Positions 20,977 to 29,097 of a stretch of 64,000 nt of DNA are shown in pieces; position 1 is the stretch's first letter, and every line of letters begins with the position of its first letter. The stretch covers positions 3,648,001-3,712,000 of the forward strand of contig OY782041.1 in NCBI GenBank assembly GCA_963677595.1, written 5' to 3'. The notes beneath the pieces are model-generated. The model made no database searches. It was not told the DNA's origin and saw only the letters and a program-made list of their open reading frames with translations. Origin of the DNA: Spirochaetia bacterium. Lineage in GTDB: Bacteria; Spirochaetota; Spirochaetia; CAKZLE01. The position numbers and the translations under genes are program-made.

Positions 20977-21863
20977 TTCCCCTGGCTCCTCTCGATGGAT
21001 TTCTTCATGAAGTACTGCACGAGCAGGTTGATGATCAGGATGAAGATGAAGAGGATGATCCCTGTCGTGAAGAGGCTGGTCTCATGGAGAGAGCCGACCT
21101 CTGCGTACTTCAGGTCCGTCACGATGTTCATCGTGAGTGTTCTCGTGTTCGAAATCAGGCTCGTCGGCATGATCGGCGAGTTCCCTGCCACCATAAGCAC
21201 GGCCATCGTCTCGCCGATGGAGCGCCCGATCCCAAGCACGACCCCGGCGATGATACCCGACCGTGCGGCAGGGATGAGGGTCCTGATGATCGTCTGCCAG
21301 TGGGTTGCCCCGAGAGCGAGGGATCCTTCCTTCAAGTCTCTCGTCACGGCCCGCAGCGAGACCTCCGTGGTATTGATGATCGTGGGCAGTACCATGATCC
21401 CGAGTATGATCCCTGCGGTGAGCACCCCGAGACCGGTGGTGCTCGGGGTCAGGGTCCTGATGATCGGCGCGATGAAGAAGAAGCCGAACAGACCATAGAT
21501 GACCGACGGGATGCCGGCAAGTAGTTCGATTCCCTTCCGTACGATGCCCGCCCACCGGGGACTGGCATACTCGGCCATGAACACCCCGGTAGAGATCCCG
21601 ATGGGAATGGCTATGACCAGGGAGATGAAGGTGACATAGATCGACCCGATGATGAATGCAAAGATGCCGAAGGTCGGGTTGTCGGCCGTCGGGTTCCAAT
21701 CAGCGCTGAAGAGGAATCTGAAGAAGTTCACATGCCCGAAGAGGGGAGCCCCCTCGGCGAAGATGAAGAACGTGATCCCGACGACACTGATGATGGAAAC
21801 ACAGGCGAACAGCAGCAGCAGCCGCTCTATGAACCGTTCATGTATTGGTGTTTCGCTTTTCAC
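20973..21863 (-). CDS. pstC: Phosphate ABC transporter permease PstC
   Basis: ELLAGIPSVIYG and GRSIGETMAVLMVAGN. GTG start at 21863 after AGGAG. Confidence 0.95.
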   Translation of the reverse strand: MKSETPIHERFIERLLLLFACVSIISVVGITFFIFAEGAPLFGHVNFFRFLFSADWNPTADNPTFGIFAFIIGSIYVTFISLVIAIPIGISTGVFMAEYASPRWAGIVRKGIELLAGIPSVIYGLFGFFFIAPIIRTLTPSTTGLGVLTAGIILGIMVLPTIINTTEVSLRAVTRDLKEGSLALGATHWQTIIRTLIPAARSGIIAGVVLGIGRSIGETMAVLMVAGNSPIMPTSLISNTRTLTMNIVTDLKYAEVGSLHETSLFTTGIILFIFILIINLLVQYFMKKSIERSQGK

Positions 21864-21916
21864 TCGTTTTCTCCTGTTTTGGATGCCTATAGATAACAGA
21901 GTCAATATGTTATGAG

Positions 21917-21944
21917 TGTTAGACAATTGTTAGAAAACCGTTAA
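21917..21944 (-). promoter_or_regulatory. Pho-box-like direct repeats upstream of pstC
   Basis: Minus strand TTAACG-N5-CTAACA-N5-CTAACA with 11-bp period; a near-identical 16-mer recurs upstream of pstS. Confidence 0.7.
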
Positions 21945-21963
21945 ATGGATGAATGAACAATAA

Positions 21964-21993
21964 AACCGGCAATCGACGCATCGACTGCCGGTT
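21964..21993 (-). terminator. Hairpin after pstS (terminator or mRNA stabiliser)
   Basis: AACCGGCA(A)TCGA-CGCA-TCGA(C)TGCCGGTT inverted repeat followed by a T-rich run on the minus strand. Confidence 0.7.
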
Positions 21994-22021
21994 CAAACGT
22001 ATTTCCCGTAAGATTCGGTGC

Positions 22022-23641
22022 TTATGGGAGCGGGATGAAGTCGAGGTCTGCTACGATGTCCTGTCCGTCGTCAGAGAGTATGTAGTTGACGAACGCCCGC
22101 TCAAGGCCGGCGATCGAACCAGCGTAGACTACGTTCAGGTTACGCTGTACCGCATAGGTCCCGTTGTAGACATTGTCGACTGTCGCAGCGATACCGTTAA
22201 GGGTGAGGGCTTTGAGGCCCTTCTCGCCGACGAAACCGAGTCCGACGTACCCGATGGAGTTGGGTGTCGCACCGACCTTTGCGGCCATGTCCCCGTTACC
22301 GGTGGTGACGCTTGCTGACTTCATGAATTCCTTATCACCCATGACCTTCACTTCGAAGGTCTCGTAGGTACCGGAAGCCTCGTCACGGTTGAAGACCACG
22401 ATCGGTGCATCTGCGCCGCCGATCTGGCTCCAGTTGGTGATCTCGCCGGCATAGATCTTTGCAGCGTTCTCTACCGTGATGTTCGAGAGTGATACCGATG
22501 AGCTGTTGACCACGATCGCGATCGCGTCGAGTGCGACAGCCTCAGCGACGACACCCTGTGCCTTCTCTGAATCCTTGGGCTCACGTGAAGCGGCTCCGAG
22601 TGAGTAGGTCCCTGCGATGACACCCTTGATACCGGTTGAAGAACCGACACCCTCGTAAGAGATGTGTACGTTGGGGTTAAGTTCCTTCCAGTCCTCGATG
22701 GTAGCGGTGATGATCGGGTCGACCGTGGTGGATCCGCCGAATGCATAGTTACCTGAGTAGGAAGAGATCGATGGGAGCGGGATGAAGTCGAGGTCAGCGA
22801 CGATGTCCTGTCCGTCGGCAGAGAGGATGTAGTTGACGAATGCGTCTTCCACTTCACCGAGTTCGGTATAGACTACGTTAAGGAATCGCTGAACCGCATA
22901 GGTCCCATTGTAGACATTGTCGACTGTGGCATCGACACCGTCGAGTGAGAGTGCCTTGAGGCCCTTCTCGCCGACGAAGCCGAGTCCGACATAGCCGATA
23001 GAGTTGGGTGTCGCACCGACTTTTGCGGCCATGTCCCCGTTACCGGTGGTGACGCTCGCTGATTTCATGAATTCCATATCGCCCATGACCTTCACTTCGA
23101 AGGTCTCATAGGTGCCGGAAGCCTCGTCACGGTTGAAGACCACGATGGGTGCGTTTGCCCCGCCGACCTGGCTCCAGTTGGTGATCTCACCAGCGTAGAT
23201 CTTTGCAGCATCCTCTACGGTGATGTTCGACACGTTGACAGAAGCGCTGTTAACGACGATCGCGATCGCGTCGAGAGCGACCGGAGTGGTCTTTGCGCCA
23301 GATTCGGCTTCACTGCTCTTGAGCTCACGTGAAGCAGCCCCGAGTGAGTAGGTACCTGCGAGGACACCCTTGATACCAGTCGAGGAACCAACACCCTCAT
23401 AACTGATGTGTACGCTCGGGTAGAGTTCTTTCCACTCCTCGATTGCAGCGGTGATGATCGGGTCGACCGTGGTTGAACCGCCGAATGCGAAATCTCCGCT
23501 GTATGTGCTCTCGACCGTCGGTGCCTGAGCTGCGGGTGCTGTAGTCTGTGCTGCAGGGGCCTGTGTCTCCTGCTTACCGCCTGCGAATGCAGCAACAGCT
23601 ACCATCAGCAGGACCATCAGAACTGATAATCGTTTCTTCAT
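22022..23641 (-). CDS. pstS: Phosphate-binding protein PstS with two tandem binding domains
   Basis: Signal peptide, AP/TQ linker, and two copies of GGSTTV...GVGSSTG...ASRE...RDEASGT. Start MKKRLS at 23641. Confidence 0.95.
   Translation of the reverse strand: MKKRLSVLMVLLMVAVAAFAGGKQETQAPAAQTTAPAAQAPTVESTYSGDFAFGGSTTVDPIITAAIEEWKELYPSVHISYEGVGSSTGIKGVLAGTYSLGAASRELKSSEAESGAKTTPVALDAIAIVVNSASVNVSNITVEDAAKIYAGEITNWSQVGGANAPIVVFNRDEASGTYETFEVKVMGDMEFMKSASVTTGNGDMAAKVGATPNSIGYVGLGFVGEKGLKALSLDGVDATVDNVYNGTYAVQRFLNVVYTELGEVEDAFVNYILSADGQDIVADLDFIPLPSISSYSGNYAFGGSTTVDPIITATIEDWKELNPNVHISYEGVGSSTGIKGVIAGTYSLGAASREPKDSEKAQGVVAEAVALDAIAIVVNSSSVSLSNITVENAAKIYAGEITNWSQIGGADAPIVVFNRDEASGTYETFEVKVMGDKEFMKSASVTTGNGDMAAKVGATPNSIGYVGLGFVGEKGLKALTLNGIAATVDNVYNGTYAVQRNLNVVYAGSIAGLERAFVNYILSDDGQDIVADLDFIPLP
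22024..23500. repeat. Intragenic tandem duplication of about 745 bp in pstS
   Basis: Long near-identical DNA stretches offset by 744-747 bp, e.g. ATGGGAGCGGGATGAAGTCGAGGTC at 22024 and 22771. Confidence 0.9.
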
Positions 23642-23718
23642 GTATAATTCCTCCAAATAGAATTCATAGGGTACGCCTCTATAGATACCTTCGGTTTATG
23701 AGGCGGTGATAAGCAACA

Positions 23719-23735
23719 TGTTAGAAAACGGTTAA
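23719..23735 (-). promoter_or_regulatory. Pho-box-like direct repeat upstream of pstS
   Basis: Minus strand TTAACC-N5-CTAACA. Plus strand GTTAGAAAACGGTTAA versus GTTAGAAAACCGTTAA upstream of pstC. Confidence 0.7.
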
Positions 23736-23820
23736 TATGATGAGAGGATGTAATCGTCTGAAACGTACTGGAAACTCTGACTGTTCTTATATAGGATAGC
23801 AGGGAAGGAAGGAGGTCCTT

Positions 23821-24897
23821 ATGAGAATCGCAGTGACCGGCGGCGGGACCGGCGGGCATGTCTTTCCTGCACTGCAGGTCCTTCAGGAGCTGGGAACAGC
23901 AGCTGAAGAAGAAGTCGAGATCCTCTGGCTGGGAAGCACGACCGGTCCGGAATACCGGATCGTCACGGAGGCCGGGATCCCCTTCGCCCACATCGCGAGC
24001 GGGAAGCTGCGCAGGTACTTCTCCTGGCAGAACGTCGCTGATGCATTCCGTATCCTCATCGGGTTCTTCCAGTCGCTCAACGTACTGCGCAGGTTCTCCC
24101 CCGATATCCTCTTCTCCAAGGGAGGCTTCGTCAGTGTCCCTCCCGTCATAGCGGCTCGGCTGCTGCATATACCATCTGTAACCCATGAGTCGGACCTCGA
24201 CCCGGGGCTCGCAAACAGGATCAACGCAACGTTCGTCGAGGCCTGCTGCATCCCCTATGAGGCATCGAAGAGGTATTATCCTGCAGCACTTGAGACCGTC
24301 GTGACCGGGAACCCGGTACGCAGGGAACTCATCGCAGGCGACGGGAAGCTGGCGAGAAAGCGGTTCGGAATCCCTGAAGACCAGTATTTCGTCCTCGTCC
24401 TCGGCGGCTCTCAGGGAGCCCTCGAGATCAACAACGTCATCTGGGAGTGGGCGGAAGAGGGGATAGAGGGGCTCTTCATCCTTCACCAGGCAGGCCATCT
24501 CACCTATAAGGAGCTGGCGGCTGAGAACTACCTCACCGTACCGCTGATCACCGAGGGGCTCGGTGACCTGCTTGCCGCGGCAGACCTTGTGATCTCACGT
24601 GCCGGGGCCGGCGCGATCGCGGAGTTCGCCCTGAACCGGCTGCCGATGATCCTCATCCCGAAGGGTCTTGACAGTTCCCGGGGCGACCAGATTCGGAATG
24701 CCCGGCTCCTTTCCGACGGCGGGGCCGCAATCATGATAAAAGATGCAGAAGTTACTTTAGCGAATCTGAAAAATACGGTATTATTACTACAGGAAGATGA
24801 AGAGAGGGCTGGGGAGATGGGAAAAGCGGCCTATGCGTTTGCCGAACCCGATGCAGCAGCACGTATTGCGGCTGTCATCCTGCAGCATAAAAAGTAA
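23821..24897 (+). CDS. murG: Undecaprenyl-PP-MurNAc-pentapeptide GlcNAc transferase
   Basis: TGGGTGGHVFP, SKGGFVSVP, TGNPVR, LGGSQGA and ISRAGA. Confidence 0.96.
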   Translation: MRIAVTGGGTGGHVFPALQVLQELGTAAEEEVEILWLGSTTGPEYRIVTEAGIPFAHIASGKLRRYFSWQNVADAFRILIGFFQSLNVLRRFSPDILFSKGGFVSVPPVIAARLLHIPSVTHESDLDPGLANRINATFVEACCIPYEASKRYYPAALETVVTGNPVRRELIAGDGKLARKRFGIPEDQYFVLVLGGSQGALEINNVIWEWAEEGIEGLFILHQAGHLTYKELAAENYLTVPLITEGLGDLLAAADLVISRAGAGAIAEFALNRLPMILIPKGLDSSRGDQIRNARLLSDGGAAIMIKDAEVTLANLKNTVLLLQEDEERAGEMGKAAYAFAEPDAAARIAAVILQHKK

Positions 24898-24910
24898 GGG
24901 GGGAGAGAAT

Positions 24911-25405
24911 ATGACGATTGGGAACATCACACTCACCATTGTGGACATCATTTCGATAGCTATCATCGTGATCATGGCATTACGGGTCACCTTCAAGGGG
25001 TTCGTCGCGGAATTCATGTCGAAGGCAGGGATCCTCGTGGGGCTCATCGCGGCACTCATGTTCACCAACGTGGTATCGCCGCTCATCGATGAACAGCTCG
25101 GTCTCGGGACCTGGAGCAACCTCGTCGCCTTCATCGCGCTCTTCATCGCCGGCTTCGTCGTCATGAAGCTCCTGTCGATGGCCCTGACCGGCATCATGGA
25201 GTCCTTGCACCTGACCTTCATCGACAACATCCTCGGGTTCGCCTTCGGGGCCGTCGAGGGGGCCATCATCGTATCCTTCCTCGTGTTCGCCCTGAACCTC
25301 CAGACCTTCATAGACGTAGCTCCCTATTTCACCGACAGCTGGGTCGTGGAGATCCTCGAGCCGATCGCACCCCTGAGTATCAACTTCGTGCAGGAGAACC
25401 TGTAA
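24911..25405 (+). CDS. cvpA: CvpA family membrane protein
   Basis: Four TM segments, KGFVAE and DNILGFAFGAVEG. Start at 24911 after a GGGGGAG RBS. Confidence 0.85.
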   Translation: MTIGNITLTIVDIISIAIIVIMALRVTFKGFVAEFMSKAGILVGLIAALMFTNVVSPLIDEQLGLGTWSNLVAFIALFIAGFVVMKLLSMALTGIMESLHLTFIDNILGFAFGAVEGAIIVSFLVFALNLQTFIDVAPYFTDSWVVEILEPIAPLSINFVQENL

Positions 25406-25408
25406 CAG

Positions 25409-26584
25409 GTGTTCGAACAGATCTACGGCCATGGCGGCGTGATGCTGCAGCTCCAGAAGGATATCGAGCGGGAGCAGCTTCCCTCTGCCCTGCTGATCTA
25501 CGGGGATCGGTATTCCGGGAGGATGACGACCGCCTTGGAGATCGCGAGGGTCCTCTCCTGTGCCCGTGTCGGGCTCGGGACCTGCGACTGCCCCACCTGC
25601 ATGGAGTACCGGGCTCTCTACCATCCCTACCTCATGGTCCTTGCCAAACGGGACCACCTGCCGGAGATCGAGGCGGCCGGTGCTGCCCTGCGGTACGCGA
25701 GGAACCATGCGGCGAAACTGCTCTTCATCAGGACGGTGAGGATCATGCTCGGGGTGTATCGCCCCGTCTTCATCGATGCGGCGCCGCAGGCGAAGAAAGC
25801 GCTCTTCGAGCAGGCCTCCGAGATCGACGAACTGCTGCATGACCTCCTTGATGCCGACCTGGCTGCTGACACCTCAGCAGGGAACCGCATGATCGACTCG
25901 ATCCTGAAGAAGGTACGCAAGGTGGCCTCCGGGACGACGCAGACGGTCCCCGTGGGCTATATCAGGAATATATCGGTGTGGCTCCATGCCACGAGCGAGA
26001 ACTACCGGAGGGTGGTCATCATCGAGGGGATCGACGAGTTCAACGACTCTGCCGTGAACAGCATGCTCAAGATCCTCGAGGAACCGCCGGCGAACGTGAG
26101 TTTCATCCTCATCGCACGGAAGCGCAACACGATCATACCGACCATCCTCTCGAGGGTGAGGACCTATTACCTCGGGGAACGACCCGAGGCCGAGGCAGAT
26201 GTGATCAGCAGGGTCTACCATGACTCCCCGGATGAGTATGACTCCCTGCAGACCTTCTTCACCGTCAAGCTGGGGATAGACTGCAGGAAGCTCAGGGAGT
26301 CCGCGGAGAGTTACCTCTTCACTGCCCTGGATCGGCGCATCACGCCGAGGAGCGAGATCGAGCAGATCATCACCGAGGTGGCAGCGAAGAAGCAGTTCTC
26401 CCTCTTCCTCACCGAGATCACCTCGATACTCGAGGAGGAGGTCGCTGACGGGCTCGTCACCGATGAGCTTGCCTACCAGATCCTCGACATGATCTCAGAT
26501 CTCAACAGGCGGTCAGTAGTCTTCCACCAGGGGGATGCCCTGCTTGCCGAGAGCCTCTATTACAGGATAGCCGCAGCCGTATGA
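25409..26584 (+). CDS. holB: DNA polymerase III delta-prime-like clamp loader subunit
   Basis: LPSALLIYG, degenerate Walker A, zinc-binding Cys cluster, NSMLKILEEPP and PTILSR. Confidence 0.75.
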   Translation: MFEQIYGHGGVMLQLQKDIEREQLPSALLIYGDRYSGRMTTALEIARVLSCARVGLGTCDCPTCMEYRALYHPYLMVLAKRDHLPEIEAAGAALRYARNHAAKLLFIRTVRIMLGVYRPVFIDAAPQAKKALFEQASEIDELLHDLLDADLAADTSAGNRMIDSILKKVRKVASGTTQTVPVGYIRNISVWLHATSENYRRVVIIEGIDEFNDSAVNSMLKILEEPPANVSFILIARKRNTIIPTILSRVRTYYLGERPEAEADVISRVYHDSPDEYDSLQTFFTVKLGIDCRKLRESAESYLFTALDRRITPRSEIEQIITEVAAKKQFSLFLTEITSILEEEVADGLVTDELAYQILDMISDLNRRSVVFHQGDALLAESLYYRIAAAV

Positions 26585-27738
26585 AGAAGTTCGTCAACAA
26601 AGCCCTGCAGAAGCTCCCCAAACTCGCACCTGAGCAGATCACCAGCCTGGTAGACATGCTCATCGATGAGAATGAACTCCTGTCGATCGTCATCGACTCG
26701 ATGGAGGACGGGATCATCGTCACCGATACCGAATACCGGATCCAGCTGATCAGCAAGACGACCCGCCGACTCCTGCCCATGCAGTCAGAGGTCGAGGAAC
26801 GTGTCCTCTGGGCAGTGATCAATGACCATGATATAGCGGACTACCTTGAGCTCCATGTGAAGAACGGTGACCGCATCGTCGATGAGGAGTTCTACATCCA
26901 GCTCGGCAAGGGACTCTCGGTCCTCTCGGTCTCGGTCTTCCCCCTCGTCGGGGACCGGAAGATCAAGGGGAACGTCATCATCCTACGCGACATCACCGAG
27001 AAGAAGAAGAACGAGGCGAAATACCGGAGGGCTGAGAACCTCGCGTCCCTTACCACCCTTGCCGCCAGCGTCGCCCATGAGATCAAGAATCCGCTTGCCT
27101 CGATGGGGATCCACCTGCAGCTGATGCAGAAGGAGCTGCTTCGGGAGAACTGCCTCGGGAAGGAGAGTGCGGCAGAGTACCTCGATATCCTCTCGGAGGA
27201 GATCGAGCGGCTCAACGGGATCGTCGTCGATTTCCTCTTCGCCGTGCGGCCGATGGACACGAGGATGCGTCCCGAGAGTCTTAACGAGCTGGTAAGTGAG
27301 CTGCTGGAATTCACTAAGTACGAGCTGGAGCAGAACGGCATCACCTTCGAGCTCGAGCTCGATGAGCGGCTGCCGAAGCTGCAGATGGACAAGAAGTACC
27401 TGAAGCAGGCATTGCTGAACATCGTGAAGAACGCGATCGCGGCAATGGCCGGCGGGGGGACGCTGAAGGTCTCCACCTATATACAGGGGGAGCAGGCCTG
27501 CGTCGATATAGCCGATAACGGCACCGGGATCAGCGAGGAGAACATGTCAAAGATCTTCGAGCCCTATTTCACCACCCGTGACTTCGGTTCCGGCCTCGGG
27601 CTGACCGTGGTCTACAAGGTCGTGCGGGAGCATGGGGGAGAGGTCTCGCTCGACTCGAAGGAGGGTGTGGGCACGACCTTCACCATATCGCTGCCGATGC
27701 CGCAGAAAGAACGTGCCATGCTGGACTGGGAGGGCTAA
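26581..27738 (+). CDS. Cytoplasmic PAS histidine kinase (NtrB/Hk2-like)
   Basis: No TM segment; PAS domain, VAHEIKNPL, NIVKNAI, DNGTGI and FEPYFTT...GSGLGL. Confidence 0.92.
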   Translation: MKKFVNKALQKLPKLAPEQITSLVDMLIDENELLSIVIDSMEDGIIVTDTEYRIQLISKTTRRLLPMQSEVEERVLWAVINDHDIADYLELHVKNGDRIVDEEFYIQLGKGLSVLSVSVFPLVGDRKIKGNVIILRDITEKKKNEAKYRRAENLASLTTLAASVAHEIKNPLASMGIHLQLMQKELLRENCLGKESAAEYLDILSEEIERLNGIVVDFLFAVRPMDTRMRPESLNELVSELLEFTKYELEQNGITFELELDERLPKLQMDKKYLKQALLNIVKNAIAAMAGGGTLKVSTYIQGEQACVDIADNGTGISEENMSKIFEPYFTTRDFGSGLGLTVVYKVVREHGGEVSLDSKEGVGTTFTISLPMPQKERAMLDWEG

Positions 27739-27741
27739 GAG

Positions 27742-29097
27742 ATGCAGATACTCATCGTAGACGACGAGAAGAACATACGGTCGGGCTTAAGCAAGGCGCT
27801 CTCACTCGAGGGGTATGACACCCTCACGGCCGAGGACGGCCAGGAGGGGTGGGATCTCGTCAACTCCTCCGATGTAGACCTGATCATCAGCGACCTGAGG
27901 ATGCCGAGGCTCTCTGGTGAGGAACTGCTCAAGCGCGTGAGCTCTGCCTACCCGACGCTGCCCGTCATCATACTGACCGGCCACGGTACGGTGGAGTCTG
28001 CCGTCCAGGCGATGCAGAACGGTGCCTTCGACTTCGTCACCAAGCCGATCAACCTCGACCGCCTCGTCCTGCTGGTGAAACGAGCGCTCGCGAACCGGGA
28101 GCTGCACCAGCAGCATGAGGCGCTCAAGCGGGAGGTGGACCAGCTCAAACTCCAGTACGGCTACGGGGCGATCATCGGGAAGAGTGCGAAGATGCGGAAG
28201 ATGATGGAGGCGATCAGGCAGGTTGCCGACACCAAGGCATCAGTCCTCATCACCGGCGAGAGCGGGACCGGCAAGGAGCTGGTGGCAGATGCGGTCCATG
28301 AGTTCTCATCACGTTCCAACGGTCCCTATGTGAAGGTCCATTGTGCGGCCTTGAGCGAGTCCCTGCTCGAGAGCGAGCTCTTCGGTCATGAGAAGGGGGC
28401 CTTCACCGGAGCCCTGTCCAGGAAGAAGGGGCGCTTCGAGCTCTCTGACAAGGGGACGATCTTCCTCGATGAGATCGGGGAGATCAATGCCCAGGTGCAG
28501 ATCAAGATCCTGCGGGTGCTGCAGGAGAAGACCTTCGAACGGGTCGGCGGCGAGGAGACGATCCAGGTCGATACGAGGATCATCTCCGCGACGAACAAGG
28601 ACCTGAAAGAGGAGATAGAGAAGGGGAGTTTCCGTGAGGACCTCTTCTACCGGCTCAACGTGGTCAACATCGAGGTGCCTCCCCTGCGTGAACGCAAGGA
28701 GGACATCCCGCTGCTCATGACCTCCTTCCTCCATGAGTTCAACGAGGAGAACGGCAGGGAGATCCAGGGGTTTAGCCAGAAGGCCCAGTCGATCCTCTAC
28801 AGCTACTCCTGGCCTGGGAACATACGGGAGCTGCGGAACTGCATCGAGAGTGCCCTCGTCATGTGCCGGGGGGACCAGATCGACCTGGAGGACCTTCCCC
28901 TCCATGTGCGCAGCGGGGTGACCGATGACCAGATCTCGATCCAGCTCGGGCTGTCGCTCAGTGAGGCGGAGAAGGAGATCATCAGGGCGACCCTTGCCTT
29001 CTGTAACGGGAACAAGTCCAAGACGGCAGAGGTACTCGGGATCGGGCGGAAGACGCTCCACAGGAAGATACAGGAATACCAGATAGATGAAGCATGA
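27742..29097 (+). CDS. Sigma54-dependent response regulator (NtrC/Rrp2-like)
   Basis: Receiver domain, GESGTGKE, intact GAFTGA, WPGNIREL and a Fis-type HTH (NKSKTAEVLGIGRKTL). Confidence 0.95.
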   Translation: MQILIVDDEKNIRSGLSKALSLEGYDTLTAEDGQEGWDLVNSSDVDLIISDLRMPRLSGEELLKRVSSAYPTLPVIILTGHGTVESAVQAMQNGAFDFVTKPINLDRLVLLVKRALANRELHQQHEALKREVDQLKLQYGYGAIIGKSAKMRKMMEAIRQVADTKASVLITGESGTGKELVADAVHEFSSRSNGPYVKVHCAALSESLLESELFGHEKGAFTGALSRKKGRFELSDKGTIFLDEIGEINAQVQIKILRVLQEKTFERVGGEETIQVDTRIISATNKDLKEEIEKGSFREDLFYRLNVVNIEVPPLRERKEDIPLLMTSFLHEFNEENGREIQGFSQKAQSILYSYSWPGNIRELRNCIESALVMCRGDQIDLEDLPLHVRSGVTDDQISIQLGLSLSEAEKEIIRATLAFCNGNKSKTAEVLGIGRKTLHRKIQEYQIDEA

